DNA of 64,000 bases from Trichodelitschia bisporula (GCA_010356995.1 ML996702.1:124001-188000); one strand, 5' to 3'; shown: positions 13,706-25,013, counted from the first letter of the stretch. Program-made: numbers and translations. Notes: a model not told the origin generated them from the sequence alone.

Positions 13706-13990
13706 ATGCATCCCGTCACCCCCCCAATTCTCCTCCTCCTCGCCCTGGGCATAACCGCCCAACCCAACCAAACCTCCCTCCTCGTGACCAACCCAGTCGC
13801 CTCCCTCACGATGCCCACCTGGCTCCCGCACTACCGCCCAGATTTCATCTCCAGCCTCATCGCGCACAAGGGCAACACGACCCTCGTAACCATCACCAAT
13901 TCGCACATTCCCGCCGCTGCGTCTTCCCCCCCCCTCCTCCCCCGCCTCCGCCCCCGCCTCCGCCGTCACGCACTAGGTCAAAAAAGGTGA
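13706..13990 (+). CDS. Possible small secreted protein (3' structure uncertain)
   Basis: Signal-like PPILLLLALGITA; NQT/NTT sequons; gtgagt..gctaac..cag intron signals at 13987-14034. Confidence 0.4.
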   Translation: MHPVTPPILLLLALGITAQPNQTSLLVTNPVASLTMPTWLPHYRPDFISSLIAHKGNTTLVTITNSHIPAAASSPPLLPRLRPRLRRHALGQKR

Positions 13991-14602
13991 GTCCTCCTCC
14001 CCCGTTTTGAGTAAATACCTGCTAACGCGCACAGCTCCCGTCCATCTGCGTGGTGCAGGACATGTGCGAGGCGCTTACCCGGGTCCCCCGTCACCGATCG
14101 TCAACTTCGGCGAGCAGAGTGCCGCAAAGAGTGGGCCATGTGCTTTTCCCTTCGCTGTGTTTGGCGTAGTGTAGGTCTGCGCTGCGTCGTTCCGGCTGGC
14201 TTACAGGTAAGTCCCGAGCAACAGCCGTCTGGCCGGAATCAAGCTGTACTCGAGCATCAGCGGCGCGGTCGCAAGAGGAAAGACAAGGATCGTACCCAAT
14301 TCCACTTAACCGCTGAACCACTGTAACCTCGAGCTTGAAATCCAAGCCACATCCTCGTTTACGGGGATCACGAAGGGACTATTTCACGGCAATGCCGCAT
14401 GCTCTCTCCGCCGCTATTCAATACCCCGCGCGCCAAAAGCGCTGTAAGTTAGCTATGAAGTTTAGAGCTAACCTGCTCGAGTCGGCAGCAGTGGAACCTT
14501 TTCGAGCCGGTGAGCAGGCGCTGGGGACGGTTGATGCAGACGAGGCAGGGGTGTTTGATATGCAGGAAAGAACGGACTTTACGGAGGAAGGGTTTTATGG
14601 TA

Positions 14603-14629
14603 AGCATGCTCCTTCCGTGTCTACATCAC
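14603..14629 (-). repeat. Dispersed repeat family, 5' fragment (copy b)
   Basis: Reverse complement gtgatgtagacacggaaggagcatgct matches the family's 5' end. Confidence 0.6.
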
Positions 14630-14810
14630 TTGGGGGACGTGCGGTATCATTCGGATGGCGGAGAATCGGATGAATAATGTATACAGTATCTCTATTGCTG
14701 AACCAACGCCGGGTGATGATGCCGTGAGAATGCAAAACGCCGCCATGCCGCCAATTGCCCAAGAATACACTCGCAGAACGCCCTCCCTCCCATCCCATCT
14801 GATATCAGCA

Positions 14811-16088
14811 TCAAACAGTAGCCCCATACCCTCCACCCCCACCGATCAACCGTTCCCTCTCCCCCGCCCCCTCAGCCTCGCCCTCAACCCCAGGCCACCA
14901 CCCCCTCATCCACCCACTCACCCTCCGCCATCTCCACTTCCCCTTCCCCTCCCCAGGACTCCTCCTCTCCCCTACAACCACCACTCTCTCCCCCTCCGTC
15001 TTCCCCTCCCCATACCAAATAAACTGCAACCCAACGGCCGCATCCATCCCCAGCACCCCAGCAGCCCCAAGAAAAAAAGGCACAGCCCGCCCCACCCACT
15101 CACTCCTCACACTCCCCTCAGGTCCTACCCAACCCCCCGCGCCGTAAGGCTCGTAATCCGCCCAAGCAAGCGGATTCGCCACGAGGCTACACGAGTAAAA
15201 CAAGTTCCCAAAAAACGCAGCCATGAATAGGCCAGCGCTCAGCCCCGCTGTCGACCGCCGCCGCTGGTTGAGATATAGCTGCGGCAGCCGGCTGCCCAGA
15301 TACAGCAGCGTGGAGCACCAACTCAGGACGCGGCCCGCGATCTCGCTTGCCGGTTCCCCAGCAACCGTGGCGACGGGATCGAGTGGCGCGGCGCGCGCGA
15401 GCACGGCGAAGACGAGCGAGACATATAGCAATGTCCGTGGTGAGGGCGCGGGGCTTTTACCCGGGCGGAAGACACCGCGAGCGGGGCTCGAGGCGAGGGA
15501 GGACGGGTTCGAGGGCGTGGGCGATGAGAAGCGCGGCGTGTGGAAGGTGGGGATGGGTAGGGTGTGGCGCGGGGGTGTGTCAATTGGCTTGCTGCTGGCG
15601 GAGGAGATGCTCGGCGTGAAGACGGAGTTCGCGTCGCTGTCCGTGTCGCTATCGAAGGCGTGTGGCGGGTGCGGGGGGCGGCGGCGGGCTCGCCGCACCG
15701 GCGCGCCGTGGTGCAGGTGCGTGTACCATATGTACTGTCCCACGAGTGCGCAGTCGACGGCGCAGTAGTAGGACGCGATTATGATTTGCCAGGTTGCTTG
15801 GTGGGTTAGGATGGAGCCGGAGAGGTTGGATATGTCCCCTGCGAGCCATTCGGAGAGGAAGAAGACGCTGAGGCCAGAGGTTGAGCGGAGGCGCGCGTTT
15901 TTTAGGATCTGGGGGAGTTGCGCGAAGAGCCAGGCTAGGATGGAGAGGGTGCCGAGGGCGGTGGAGAGGAGGGCGCCTGGGGTGGGGATGCAGGTGTGCA
16001 GCGTGGAGGAGAGTGCTGTGAGGGCGGGGTGCGTGGGCGCGCAGTGCGGGGGGAGGGCCGGGGAGAGGAGGGCGGGCCAGAGAGACAT
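14811..16088 (-). CDS. PQ-loop repeat vacuolar membrane transporter (YPQ/PQLC2-like)
   Basis: Two PQ loops: WLFAQLPQILKN..STSGLS and LYLGSRLPQLYLN..STAGLS. C-terminal ERERLI dileucine-like signal. Confidence 0.9.
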   Translation of the reverse strand: MSLWPALLSPALPPHCAPTHPALTALSSTLHTCIPTPGALLSTALGTLSILAWLFAQLPQILKNARLRSTSGLSVFFLSEWLAGDISNLSGSILTHQATWQIIIASYYCAVDCALVGQYIWYTHLHHGAPVRRARRRPPHPPHAFDSDTDSDANSVFTPSISSASSKPIDTPPRHTLPIPTFHTPRFSSPTPSNPSSLASSPARGVFRPGKSPAPSPRTLLYVSLVFAVLARAAPLDPVATVAGEPASEIAGRVLSWCSTLLYLGSRLPQLYLNQRRRSTAGLSAGLFMAAFFGNLFYSCSLVANPLAWADYEPYGAGGWVGPEGSVRSEWVGRAVPFFLGAAGVLGMDAAVGLQFIWYGEGKTEGERVVVVGERRSPGEGKGKWRWRRVSGWMRGWWPGVEGEAEGAGERERLIGGGGGYGATV

Positions 16089-17730
16089 GGCCGGAGGTTT
16101 TGGGGGGTGAGGTTGTTGGGGCGGCACGCGCCGCATATATACGGTATCGCTGGGCTCCTGCAGGTGATTGAGTGGATGGGGGGAGATCGGGGGGTACGCG
16201 ATAAGGGGAGGCGTTTCCGGGGGCGGAGGCTGATCAGCTCAGCCCCTCCTCCGCCGCACGGCCTGCCGCCTGCGATGTCGGGCTGCAGTGGAGTGTCTAA
16301 CGATTGTGGAGGGGCTAAAGTTATAGGCTGTCATGGGAGGAGGTCATAAAGCGGGGGAGAAACACGGTGGTTAATAGAGGTGGAGAAGAGTTAACCTTAG
16401 CAGAGATGCGCATGATGCGCGTACGTAAGAAGCGCGATAAGTGAGGGTGAGACACACTCCATGCGGACGTTACCGTGAGTGATAAGACCGTCAGATGATA
16501 GGGGTAAGGGATGGGTCATATATGGATATGCAGGACAAGATCCTATGGTCGTTATGGCCTAGCCTGGGATTTTCTTTGTTCATGATGGCGTTTTGATGGA
16601 GAATGCACGATGCTAGGCGCCGGAGAGCTTATCGTCGTCCCTGCAGCTTCCCCAGATCTGGTGGGGGGATGACTCAGCGCCATCTTTAAAGTGACTTCAA
16701 CCCCACCTGTTCACCAACTTCCATTACCACCAATCATCACCACAGCGCCGTCATCACTGCGGAACCGTTACCGACATCAACTACACACGGTTTTTGTCGA
16801 TCAGTCGACAAATCTGTATCTCGCAATGGTCATTGTTGTCGACATCGAACGCCTTCAAGCCGCATCCCTCACGAGCCATGTCCTCTGTCGACCATGAGCT
16901 GAGAGTAGCACCAACCGACTCCATCCGCTCCTATAGCTACATGTTTCTTGTCTGAAGATGCCTCAGCAACTGTCACTCTGACGACCTATAGAATGGATCA
17001 AAGCACTTGAACACTCCGGACCAGGATTGGTCCCCCATCCGACCACGAATATGGTACTTCTGCGAGGTGCTCTGACGCCTGAAGCTAATCGGGGAGCTCT
17101 CGGACGGTCCACCGGAGTCAAAACCAGTGGACTGGACTTAATCCTGGATTTCATATGCACCTTTTCACGGGACCGAAACCTCGTCTCGACTCATATGAAG
17201 GTCGTCGGGAGTATGCCCGGAGCATCACGCAAGCGATCTCCCACCACGAGATGTGCAGCCGGCGATGCATCTGCTAGAGCCCAATATCCTCTGTGGTGCG
17301 AAGCTGTCACGGCTGTCTCCAAGAACCGGACAACATGCACCGCCCTGATTCTCTGCCTCGACTTAACGCGACGTTATCGTCGCTTTGTTGGAGCATTCCT
17401 ACCCAATGCCAGGAGTCTCGGACTTGCAGAACATAACAGATATTTATCAGGAGCAGGAATCTCTAACCGCTTTACAGCACAGGCTGGGTCGCACCCTCAC
17501 ACGCTCAAGTGCCTTCTCTTTCAGTGCTCCTCAATCCTCATGATCCTCCTCACTGCTTTCCAAAGAATGTTCTTAGTTCCTCCGTGTGAACTTCATTCAT
17601 TCATCCAGGTATCACTACATGGGAATAGAAATGTCACGAACTGTGACCAACGTCTCTTGCTCCTTCATCGTTCCCCCTCACTGACATCTCTCTATAAGTA
17701 TCCCGTTGTCGACTGCCAACGGAAGCCTCA

Positions 17731-17840
17731 TCCACACTCCACACTCCACACTCCACACTCCACACTCCACACTCCACACTCCACACTCCACACTCCACAC
17801 TCCACACTCCACACTCCACACTCCACACCCCACACTCCAC
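17731..17840 (+). repeat. (TCCACAC)n heptamer microsatellite
   Basis: 14 perfect units plus about 1.5 variant units. Confidence 0.98.
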
Positions 17841-17929
17841 TCCCACAGCTATACTCAGCCCTTTACTTCATTCCTTCACCATTCCCAACAGCACTTAGAA
17901 CCCAGTCTTCGACTCATCTTCCAACCATC

Positions 17930-18079
17930 ATGTGCATGACTGAGCGCGTCATCTGGGTCTGCGGGCACATCGACAACATCTTTTACCCGTGCTCCTACTG
18001 CCTGGGGAGGAGGCCCCCTACCCAACACGAGACTCGCAAGAACTGGGTCTGTCCGGCTTGTTGGTCCCGCCTTTCGTAG
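17930..18079 (+). CDS. Putative 49-aa Cys/His-rich microprotein (MC..CGH..CxxC..CxxC)
   Basis: TATAA at 17693, caaccatcATG context, MCMTERVIWVCGH..CSYC..CPAC. Confidence 0.55.
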   Translation: MCMTERVIWVCGHIDNIFYPCSYCLGRRPPTQHETRKNWVCPACWSRLS

Positions 18080-18336
18080 GTATACGCTTGGTACAAGGTA
18101 CAGACTCCGCGGTAGCAGACAGAGGGTCAGAGAGTTAGTCAGACAGACAGACAGACAATACAAGCTCGTATCCCCTAACCACGTTCCCTTCCCATCTATG
18201 TGAGTGACAGTGGCCACTAGACAAACCGCCGCAGCGGCTAGGGGCTCGCTAGAAGACGACCGCGCCCGCAGCTTTTTCGGCTGGCCCTTGGCTTTTCCCC
18301 ACCGGCATGGAGACCTCAGTATTAACCCCTTCTATC

Positions 18337-18454
18337 ACATACGGCCACAGATCACAGAGAACACCAGTCCCCGTCTGCTCACTGAAGTTAAGGTGTGAAT
18401 CGATTGATTAGTAGTTGAGTGGGTGACCATCAGCGAATCCCAGTTGCTGTATGT
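18337..18454 (+). rRNA. 5S rRNA, type A (copy 1)
   Basis: 118 nt, ACATACGGC..GCTGTATGT plus T-run terminator. Internal CCCGTCTGCTC, TTAGTAGTTG and GGGTGACC..GCGAATCC. Canonical helices can form. Confidence 0.92.
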
Positions 18455-18536
18455 TTTTGCTCTTTTTGCCGAACCCTTCTATCATTCCTCTTATAAAAGA
18501 AAGAGTATTGATATCTTAACATCATCTCTTTCCAGC

Positions 18537-18647
18537 ACATACGGCCATAGGCCGCAGAAAGCACCAGTCCCCGTCTGCTCACTGAAGTGAACCTGCGAAC
18601 CGACTGACTAGTAGTTGCGTGGGTGACCAGCAGCGAATCCCAGTTGC
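18537..18647 (+). rRNA. 5S rRNA, type B (copy 2, truncated by gap)
   Basis: Starts exactly 200 bp after copy 1; variant helix II and helix IV. Confidence 0.88.
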
Positions 18648-19012
18648 NNNNNNNNNNNNNNNNNNNNNNNNNNNNNNNNNNNNNNNNNNNNNNNNNNNNN
18701 NNNNNNNNNNNNNNNNNNNNNNNNNNNNNNNNNNNNNNNNNNNNNNNNNNNNNNNNNNNNNNNNNNNNNNNNNNNNNNNNNNNNNNNNNNNNNNNNNNNN
18801 NNNNNNNNNNNNNNNNNNNNNNNNNNNNNNNNNNNNNNNNNNNNNNNNNNNNNNNNNNNNNNNNNNNNNNNNNNNNNNNNNNNNNNNNNNNNNNNNNNNN
18901 NNNNNNNNNNNNNNNNNNNNNNNNNNNNNNNNNNNNNNNNNNNNNNNNNNNNNNNNNNNNNNNNNNNNNNNNNNNNNNNNNNNNNNNNNNNNNNNNNNNN
19001 NNNNNNNNNNNN

Positions 19013-19070
19013 GAACCGACTGACTAGTAGTTGCGTGGGTGACCAGCAGCGAATCCCAGTTGCTGTATGT
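19013..19070 (+). rRNA. 5S rRNA, type B, 3' half (after gap)
   Basis: Identical to the 3' part of copy 2; ends GCTGTATGT plus T-run. Confidence 0.8.
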
Positions 19071-19152
19071 TTTTGCTCTTTTTGCCGAACCCTTCTATCC
19101 TTCCTCTCAAAAAACTAAGAGGATTAATATTTTAACATTGTCTCCTTTCAGC

Positions 19153-19270
19153 ACATACGGCCACAGATCACAGAGAACACCAGTCCCCGTCTGCTCACTG
19201 AAGTTAAGCTGTGAATCGATTGATTAGTAGTTGAGTGGGTGACCATCAGCGAATCCCAATTGCTGTATGT
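19153..19270 (+). rRNA. 5S rRNA, type A (last copy)
   Basis: 118 nt; helix II GATCACAG/CTGTGAATC fully paired with a bulged A; T-run terminator. Confidence 0.92.
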
Positions 19271-19489
19271 TTTTGCGCTTTTTGCTTGCTATCGGTATGC
19301 CGGGACGATACTGTGGTGTATCGAGGTAGTATAGTCGGCGAGGGGCCACAGTGGCAAGCAGCTTGGAAATCGCTGTGTTGCCCCCATCCCATATGGATAA
19401 CACCAGGAGCTTCGGATTTCTCCTGAGATGAAGTCAACTGGTGCGGACACACTCAATGCGAGCAGACGTCCTGGTAAGCATATACACCG

Positions 19490-19720
19490 TGGGGGAGCAC
19501 GTCAGTATTGGAAGGGACATGGCAATGAAGGAAGGCGTACATGATGTAACGTAGTAATGTGCACACCATGGGGGGGAAGGAACATCGGAGGATACAGGGC
19601 ACGCACAAAGTATTGAGCTTCGAGCGACTCTGACTCTCCCCTCTTTTGTCTTTTTTACAACTTACAATCTTTCACTTCATACACCATAGCCATTTTGTGT
19701 GTCAAGCATGCGCTTCCACT
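19490..19720 (+). repeat. Dispersed repeat family, copy c (degenerate, alternative 3' tail)
   Basis: ggaaggaacatcggaggatac..cgagcgactctgactctc..ttcacttca..tagcc..tcaag..gcttcca, shared with copy d. Confidence 0.65.
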
Positions 19721-20732
19721 GGCATCCGGGGAGGGCGCTGCGGTGACGACTGACAACTGTAGCTACTATGACTACTATGACGACTGTGGCGCTCTGTCCT
19801 AAGGATAGAATTGAGAATCGACCCCCGCGCTCGCGACACCGACATCTGGGGACAGTACGGCGGTGACGGTGGTGACGACTGTGATGACTGGTGAACGTGG
19901 TCTGATGCCGAGCTTTGAGGCGCAACGAATTCGAAACGTTGATGCCGAGTTTTGAGGCGCAAGTACTCGAACACTTCCATGTTGGGATTTGAGATGCAAG
20001 AGTTTGAGACGTTGATGTCGATGACACTTGAGGCCCGTTAGGCTGCCATCGTTTCATGAACCACCAAGGCATGAAGGCCTCTGGAAAAGTCGTTGCCGCT
20101 TGAATGTGCGTTTTTCGCTGACGGGGGCGGCTACGACCTTTTCAGGCGATCCATGATCCGGTGGGCGGACAAACCCTTCACCGTCTGGGACGTATCGACT
20201 TCGTCGTATCGAGCGACTCCCTCTTCACTCTTCACCCTCTCCCTTCCTCCCCCACACTCCTCCTCGCCTGCAGCGCGCTAAAAATACCTAGGATATCGTA
20301 TTAGGATTGCTAATTGGACAGCGACACCACCCTCCTTTGCAATCGTTCCCGGTGACCGCCAAGAATTGAGGCTCCGGGTTTGAAACGGAGGCCATGAAGC
20401 CATGGCAATGGAGGGTCTCCCTCCACCTTTTCCATTGCCACTAGAACGCCTTACTCACTCCGGAAGCCGTAGCGCTATTTTGGCCTGTCGGGACAGGGGC
20501 TCTCCGCTGTACTGCATGCATGAGACGCCCTGAAAGGCTGTGGACCTTACAAGGGTGCCGAGCCGATTTCCCGATGCTGCAGCCCTGAGTTCACAGCCTC
20601 GTAGCCTGCGGAACGCCATGGCGCAAGCAGCTGATGTATCCCCGCACCGATGAATCCTGCGGTGCGGGGATATATGCCCGCTGCTCGCGCTCCTTGGGAC
20701 GATCATCCATATCTATTCGCACGGCGCTCAAA

Positions 20733-22543
20733 ATGGCCCAAACCCTGAGCTTCCTCCTTTTGCTTACCATCCTCCCCCTTGTCCATGGTGTCCCTACGCC
20801 AGAGGGCGCGCAGACGTTCAACGTCAGCGTCCCTGAGGGCTTCACCGTAACCAACCGTGGCAACTACTTCTGCGTTCTACCGGCGTCCTGGTTCAGCGTC
20901 ATGGTCTTCTACCTGGGCAACTACGCCGCGCACGCTGCTACTCTCATCACCTATCCCGGCGAACCGCCCATCTACATTGTCGCAGCCGTTGTCTACGCCC
21001 TCTTCTTCCCCACCACCGGCATCGTTCGCGGCCTGAACGCCGTGTTCCGCCACGCGCGCTTCCCGTGGGGCGAGCAGACGGACATGCGCTCTGCCGCCCG
21101 CGCTGGCGCTCTTTGCATGGTCGTGCGTACGCCGCTGTGGCGCGACGAGCAGAAGCCCGTGTCGTCGAACGTGTCGCAGACGGCTTTGGCGTCGGAGGAA
21201 GTGGCGGAGAAGCCACAGGGGCACTCCGAACATGTGGCTCGGGCTGTCGAAGAAAACCTGAAGGTGGAGTGGAAAATCATTGAGGGTGCTTGGTGCAAAG
21301 AGCTGCCGCAGCTGTGGCCCTTTTTCGATACCTCCCTCGAACGACCCAAGGCTGCCATGCCCAAGCCGGAAAATCGTCCCTGGTGGCGGAAGATGTTCGA
21401 CGAACTGATCGATCTTGAGCGCAAGGTGCACGGTACTTGCGTCCTTCCTGACAATGGGTACTATGCACTGGCATACGTGCCTCGGAATGCCAACGTCGAG
21501 ACTGCATTCAAGGCTCCCGGCGTGCACATTCCAACTCAACTTTCGTCAACGTACAGCTTTATCCGCGCGGTGATTGCGGTTATCCAGGTTTTGTATGCCT
21601 CTGCCACGCTGCTCAAGGCCACTCGTGGGCCTCAAATCAAGCAGTATGGGTTTGCCGCTTTTGGCCTCACTGTCATTCCGTAAGTCTGCCCTGTCGCATG
21701 CCATTAGATCACGACTGACGTCACAGGTATCTCATCATGTCTGTCATCAATCTAGTCGGCAACGTCCTGACCCCCGACTACAATGCTCTCTACATAGTCG
21801 ATTCGCCCATTTTGCAGGAGGCAAAGCAAGTCCACGGCGCCAAAATCGACGGCATCGTCGGGTCGCTAGTCATCGACGAACGTCACCGTGATGCCAGGGT
21901 CGACATTGCGAACCCGCGGCTCAGAATGGCAGTCACGCAGCGCAGCAGTGGCGCTCTCGTCTCGGCCCCCGCTCCCCCCCGCAACGAAAGGACGGATCTG
22001 ACCACGAGCTCAACAGAGGAATCTCTCAACACGGCACAAGTGACGTGCGTGCAGTCGGGCCACACGCTGTACTGCATTGCCTTCACGTGCCCCGTCATCT
22101 CCCGCACCGATTACGTCCCCCCAACCAAATTCCTCGAAAGCGACGTCAAGAGCAACTGGAAGTACTTCGATCCCAAACTACGCGCCGAAGTCCACATCCC
22201 CGCATACACGTACATCTTCTTCTCGTTCGTGTGCGTGGGGCTGGGCTCGCTGACGTTGATTCCCGTGGGCGTTATATCGCGCTTTCATGAGAACAACAGT
22301 ACGCACGAGCAGCGCGTGTGGATTGTATCGTGGACAGTTTTTGGCATCGTGATTGGTACGTTTGCTGGCTGGTGGACTGCCATTCTCGACTTTCGCACGG
22401 CTGGAGAGGATGGGTTTGGGAAGTGGGTTAAGTTGGCGGGGAAGATTCTTTTTGCGCTGTTCTTTGCTGCACCTGGTGTGGGCGGGTTTATTATGGTTGG
22501 GCAGATGCTGAGGGAGTATGGGAACTGTGTTAGTTTGAGCTAG
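20733..22543 (+). CDS. Uncharacterised multi-pass fungal membrane protein
   Basis: Signal peptide; GNYAAHAAT..YPGE..ALFFPTTG..AARAGALCMVVR. Intron 21680-21726 joins YGFAAFGLTVIP|YLIMSVINLVGN. C-terminal TMs. Confidence 0.8.
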
Positions 22544-22772
22544 GGCTGGTTGGTCAGTTGTTTTGATAGGCTAGGTTGGCTGTTTTGAGGGGTTTGTTTT
22601 GGATTTCTGGCGGGGATTTGGAGTTTGGAATGGGATGTTTATGGATTAATGTCCTTTTGTAGGTTTAACGATACCCGTAGCTGGCAGCGCGGATGCTTTC
22701 CTGTTCCAGGCCACGAACCTTGTCGCAATATGATCTTCAACCTTTTACGGACCGACGCTTCTCCCCCTCACT

Positions 22773-22989
22773 GGTGATGCTGACATGAGGAAGGAGTATT
22801 GCTGGACAGGAAGGGACAGGGCACGTATGATATAATGCGCGCATGATAGGAGGAAGGAGCAAAAGAGGATACTTGGCGTCATAAGGTATTTAGTCTCGAG
22901 CGTCTTTGACTCTCTTCTTCTTTTTGTCATTTACTAACTCTTCACTTCACATTGTAGCCTTTTGCAAGTATCAAGTCTATGCTTCCATT
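22773..22989 (+). repeat. Dispersed repeat family, copy d
   Basis: ggtgatgctgacatgaggaaggag..gcgcatgata..gaaggagcaaaagaggatacttggc..tttagtctcgag. Confidence 0.8.
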
Positions 22990-23533
22990 ACCTAGTTCCA
23001 TATGATCGGTCCTTCATCCACTCTATCGGAGTAAGGCTGCAAGGGCCAGTACCCACCAGCCAATGGCGAAAACGGAAACGAAACGTCGCCGCGATGATCG
23101 ACGCAGGCCTCTGCCTCGTGCGACACACATCTCGAGCTTAAGTGAGTATATCCGATCCCGCACGGCGAGATCGACCTATAGGATTGAAAATCCTTCATGA
23201 CAGGACTTCGAAACCGCCTCCTTCCATCCCTTCCGTCGTCCTCTCACTTCTCGACCGCTTCATCCCGCCATGCCCTCATTAACATCCGACACTCCCGAGC
23301 TCCGCAACCTGCACTCTAGGCCGGCTGCCGCGCACGCGATAAATTGCGTCTCGATCCCCCGCTCATCTCACCACGATAACCGAGCCCTCACCGCACTTGG
23401 TCCTGGCCACCGCACGGGATGACCTTCCTAACTAACCACCGCCCCTAATCTTGCCACTTCCCTTTACCCTCGCCGACCGCCGGCCTTCCTTCGCCTACAT
23501 TCCTTCCTCACTACCACACCACAATCCTTAGAC

Positions 23534-24582
23534 ATGGCACCTAGATTTCTTTTCTTCTGCGCCTTCGCGCTGGCCGCGCAGGCTTCGCCACTTGCGGCAC
23601 CGCACGGTGTCACCGCCGATACTTTTTCTCTCGACGCGCTGCGCGCATACATTCTGGCTGCCCCGCAGGACGATCCGGTGCCGAAGACTGTCTCTTCGCC
23701 GAAAGCTGCGGGCAGTCCCAAGGCCACGGGCGCGCGTCCCAAGCCTGCGGCGAAGGGAACCGGTAGCACAGGCACGGCCAAAGGGACCGGAAGTACCGGC
23801 ACGACAAAGGGCTCCAGCGGATTTCTCGGCAGTTTAGGCGGTCTCCTCGGCGGCTCCGGGTCCAGTGACGCCTCCGCTGCCGGCGGCCTCGGCTTCCTCG
23901 GCGACGCCCTCGGCAAGCTGACCAACGGGAACGCGAACGACATCACCTCCGGCGCCGCCTGCAAGCCGGTCACACTGATTTTCGCGCGGGGAACGGGCGA
24001 GCCGGGGAATATGGGGTATGTGGTTGGGCCCGGGCTGGCACAGGAATTGAAGAAGGCACTTGGTGGGATTGGGGGCGTGGCGGTGCAGGGGTTGGAGTAT
24101 TCGACGGATTTTTCTGGGAAGGGCGCGACGACGATGGTGAACCTGGTGAAGCAGGTGGCGGAGAAGTGCCCGGAGACGAAGGTTGTGCTGGGTGGGTATA
24201 GTCAGGGGGGGATGGTGGTGCATCAAGCGGTGGGGCAGTTGGGGGCGGATGCGGGGAAGGTTGCGGTGAGTGCTCTCGGGCTGGGATTCGGGGGGGTTTG
24301 ATGGGGCTAATTTTGCTGCAGGCTGTCGCGACATTCGGCGACCCATTCGGGTCAATGGGCTGGGGGAAGGGGTTCGATGCGAGCAAGGCAATCATCGCGT
24401 GTTCCTCGGCGGATGCGGTGTGTATTGGGTCGAAGGGTACGCCTGGCGTGGCGGGCTCGGGCAGCCATTTGAGTTATTCGAGTGATGGGAGTATCACGAA
24501 GGTGGTGCAGTTTATTGTGGGGAAGGTTGGGGGGACACCGGCGGTTGAGGGGACGCCGGCGGTTAAGGGGACACCGGCGTAG
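23534..24582 (+). CDS. Cutinase (carbohydrate esterase family 5)
   Basis: Signal peptide; CKPVTLIFARGTGEPGNMG, GYSQG nucleophile motif, FGDP, DAVC, HLSY. Intron about 24266-24321. Confidence 0.92.
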
Positions 24583-24771
24583 AGGTGAATCTAGACGTTT
24601 AGACATGCATGGCGAAGTCTCTGTGGTGATTGCGATGTGGTTATGGGGTGCGTGGACGATTTGAGGTTGGCCTTATGTGTTCCGAGGGGAAGCTTTGCGG
24701 GCCCGAGGTATGCCAATACCCCGTCGGCTTGTTGAAGACCAGGCCGGGCATGAATGCCGGCCCGCCTCAAA

Positions 24772-24950
24772 GGGTGATATAGATATTAGGCAGGAGCGTT
24801 GTTATGTCAGGAAGGAGCATACTAAGGGACATAATGTAATGAGCGCATGATAGAAGGAGCAAAGGAGGATGGATACTTAGCATCGTGGGTTTAAGTCTCG
24901 GGAGTCTCTTCCTCTCTGTCCTTACTTCAGTCTTCAGTTTTACAGTTACC
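24772..24950 (+). repeat. Dispersed repeat family, copy e
   Basis: gggtgatatagata..gttatgtcaggaaggagcat..gaaggagcaaaggaggat..agtctcgggagt..tcttcagt..cagttacc. Confidence 0.85.
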
Positions 24951-25013
24951 TTCGTACCTAAACAGCCTTTCCTCCCACCACCAAAGCCGGCCCAGCGACC
25001 CATCTCCGCCCAC

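Noticed and set aside
14713..14802. GTGATGA..CTGA box C/D-like pairs (also 36702-36782 and minus 16674-16741)
   Set aside because: No recognisable rRNA antisense element or intronic context.
17731..17840. Telomeric repeat
   Set aside because: TCCACAC is not the TTAGGG repeat typical of filamentous ascomycetes, and it is internal.
17027..18079. 350-aa ORF
   Set aside because: Non-ATG start, runs through the TATA box and microsatellite; only the final 49 codons look coding.
18337..19270. Regularly spaced repeats as a CRISPR-like array
   Set aside because: The units are 5S rRNA genes with homologous spacers, in eukaryotic context with no cas genes.
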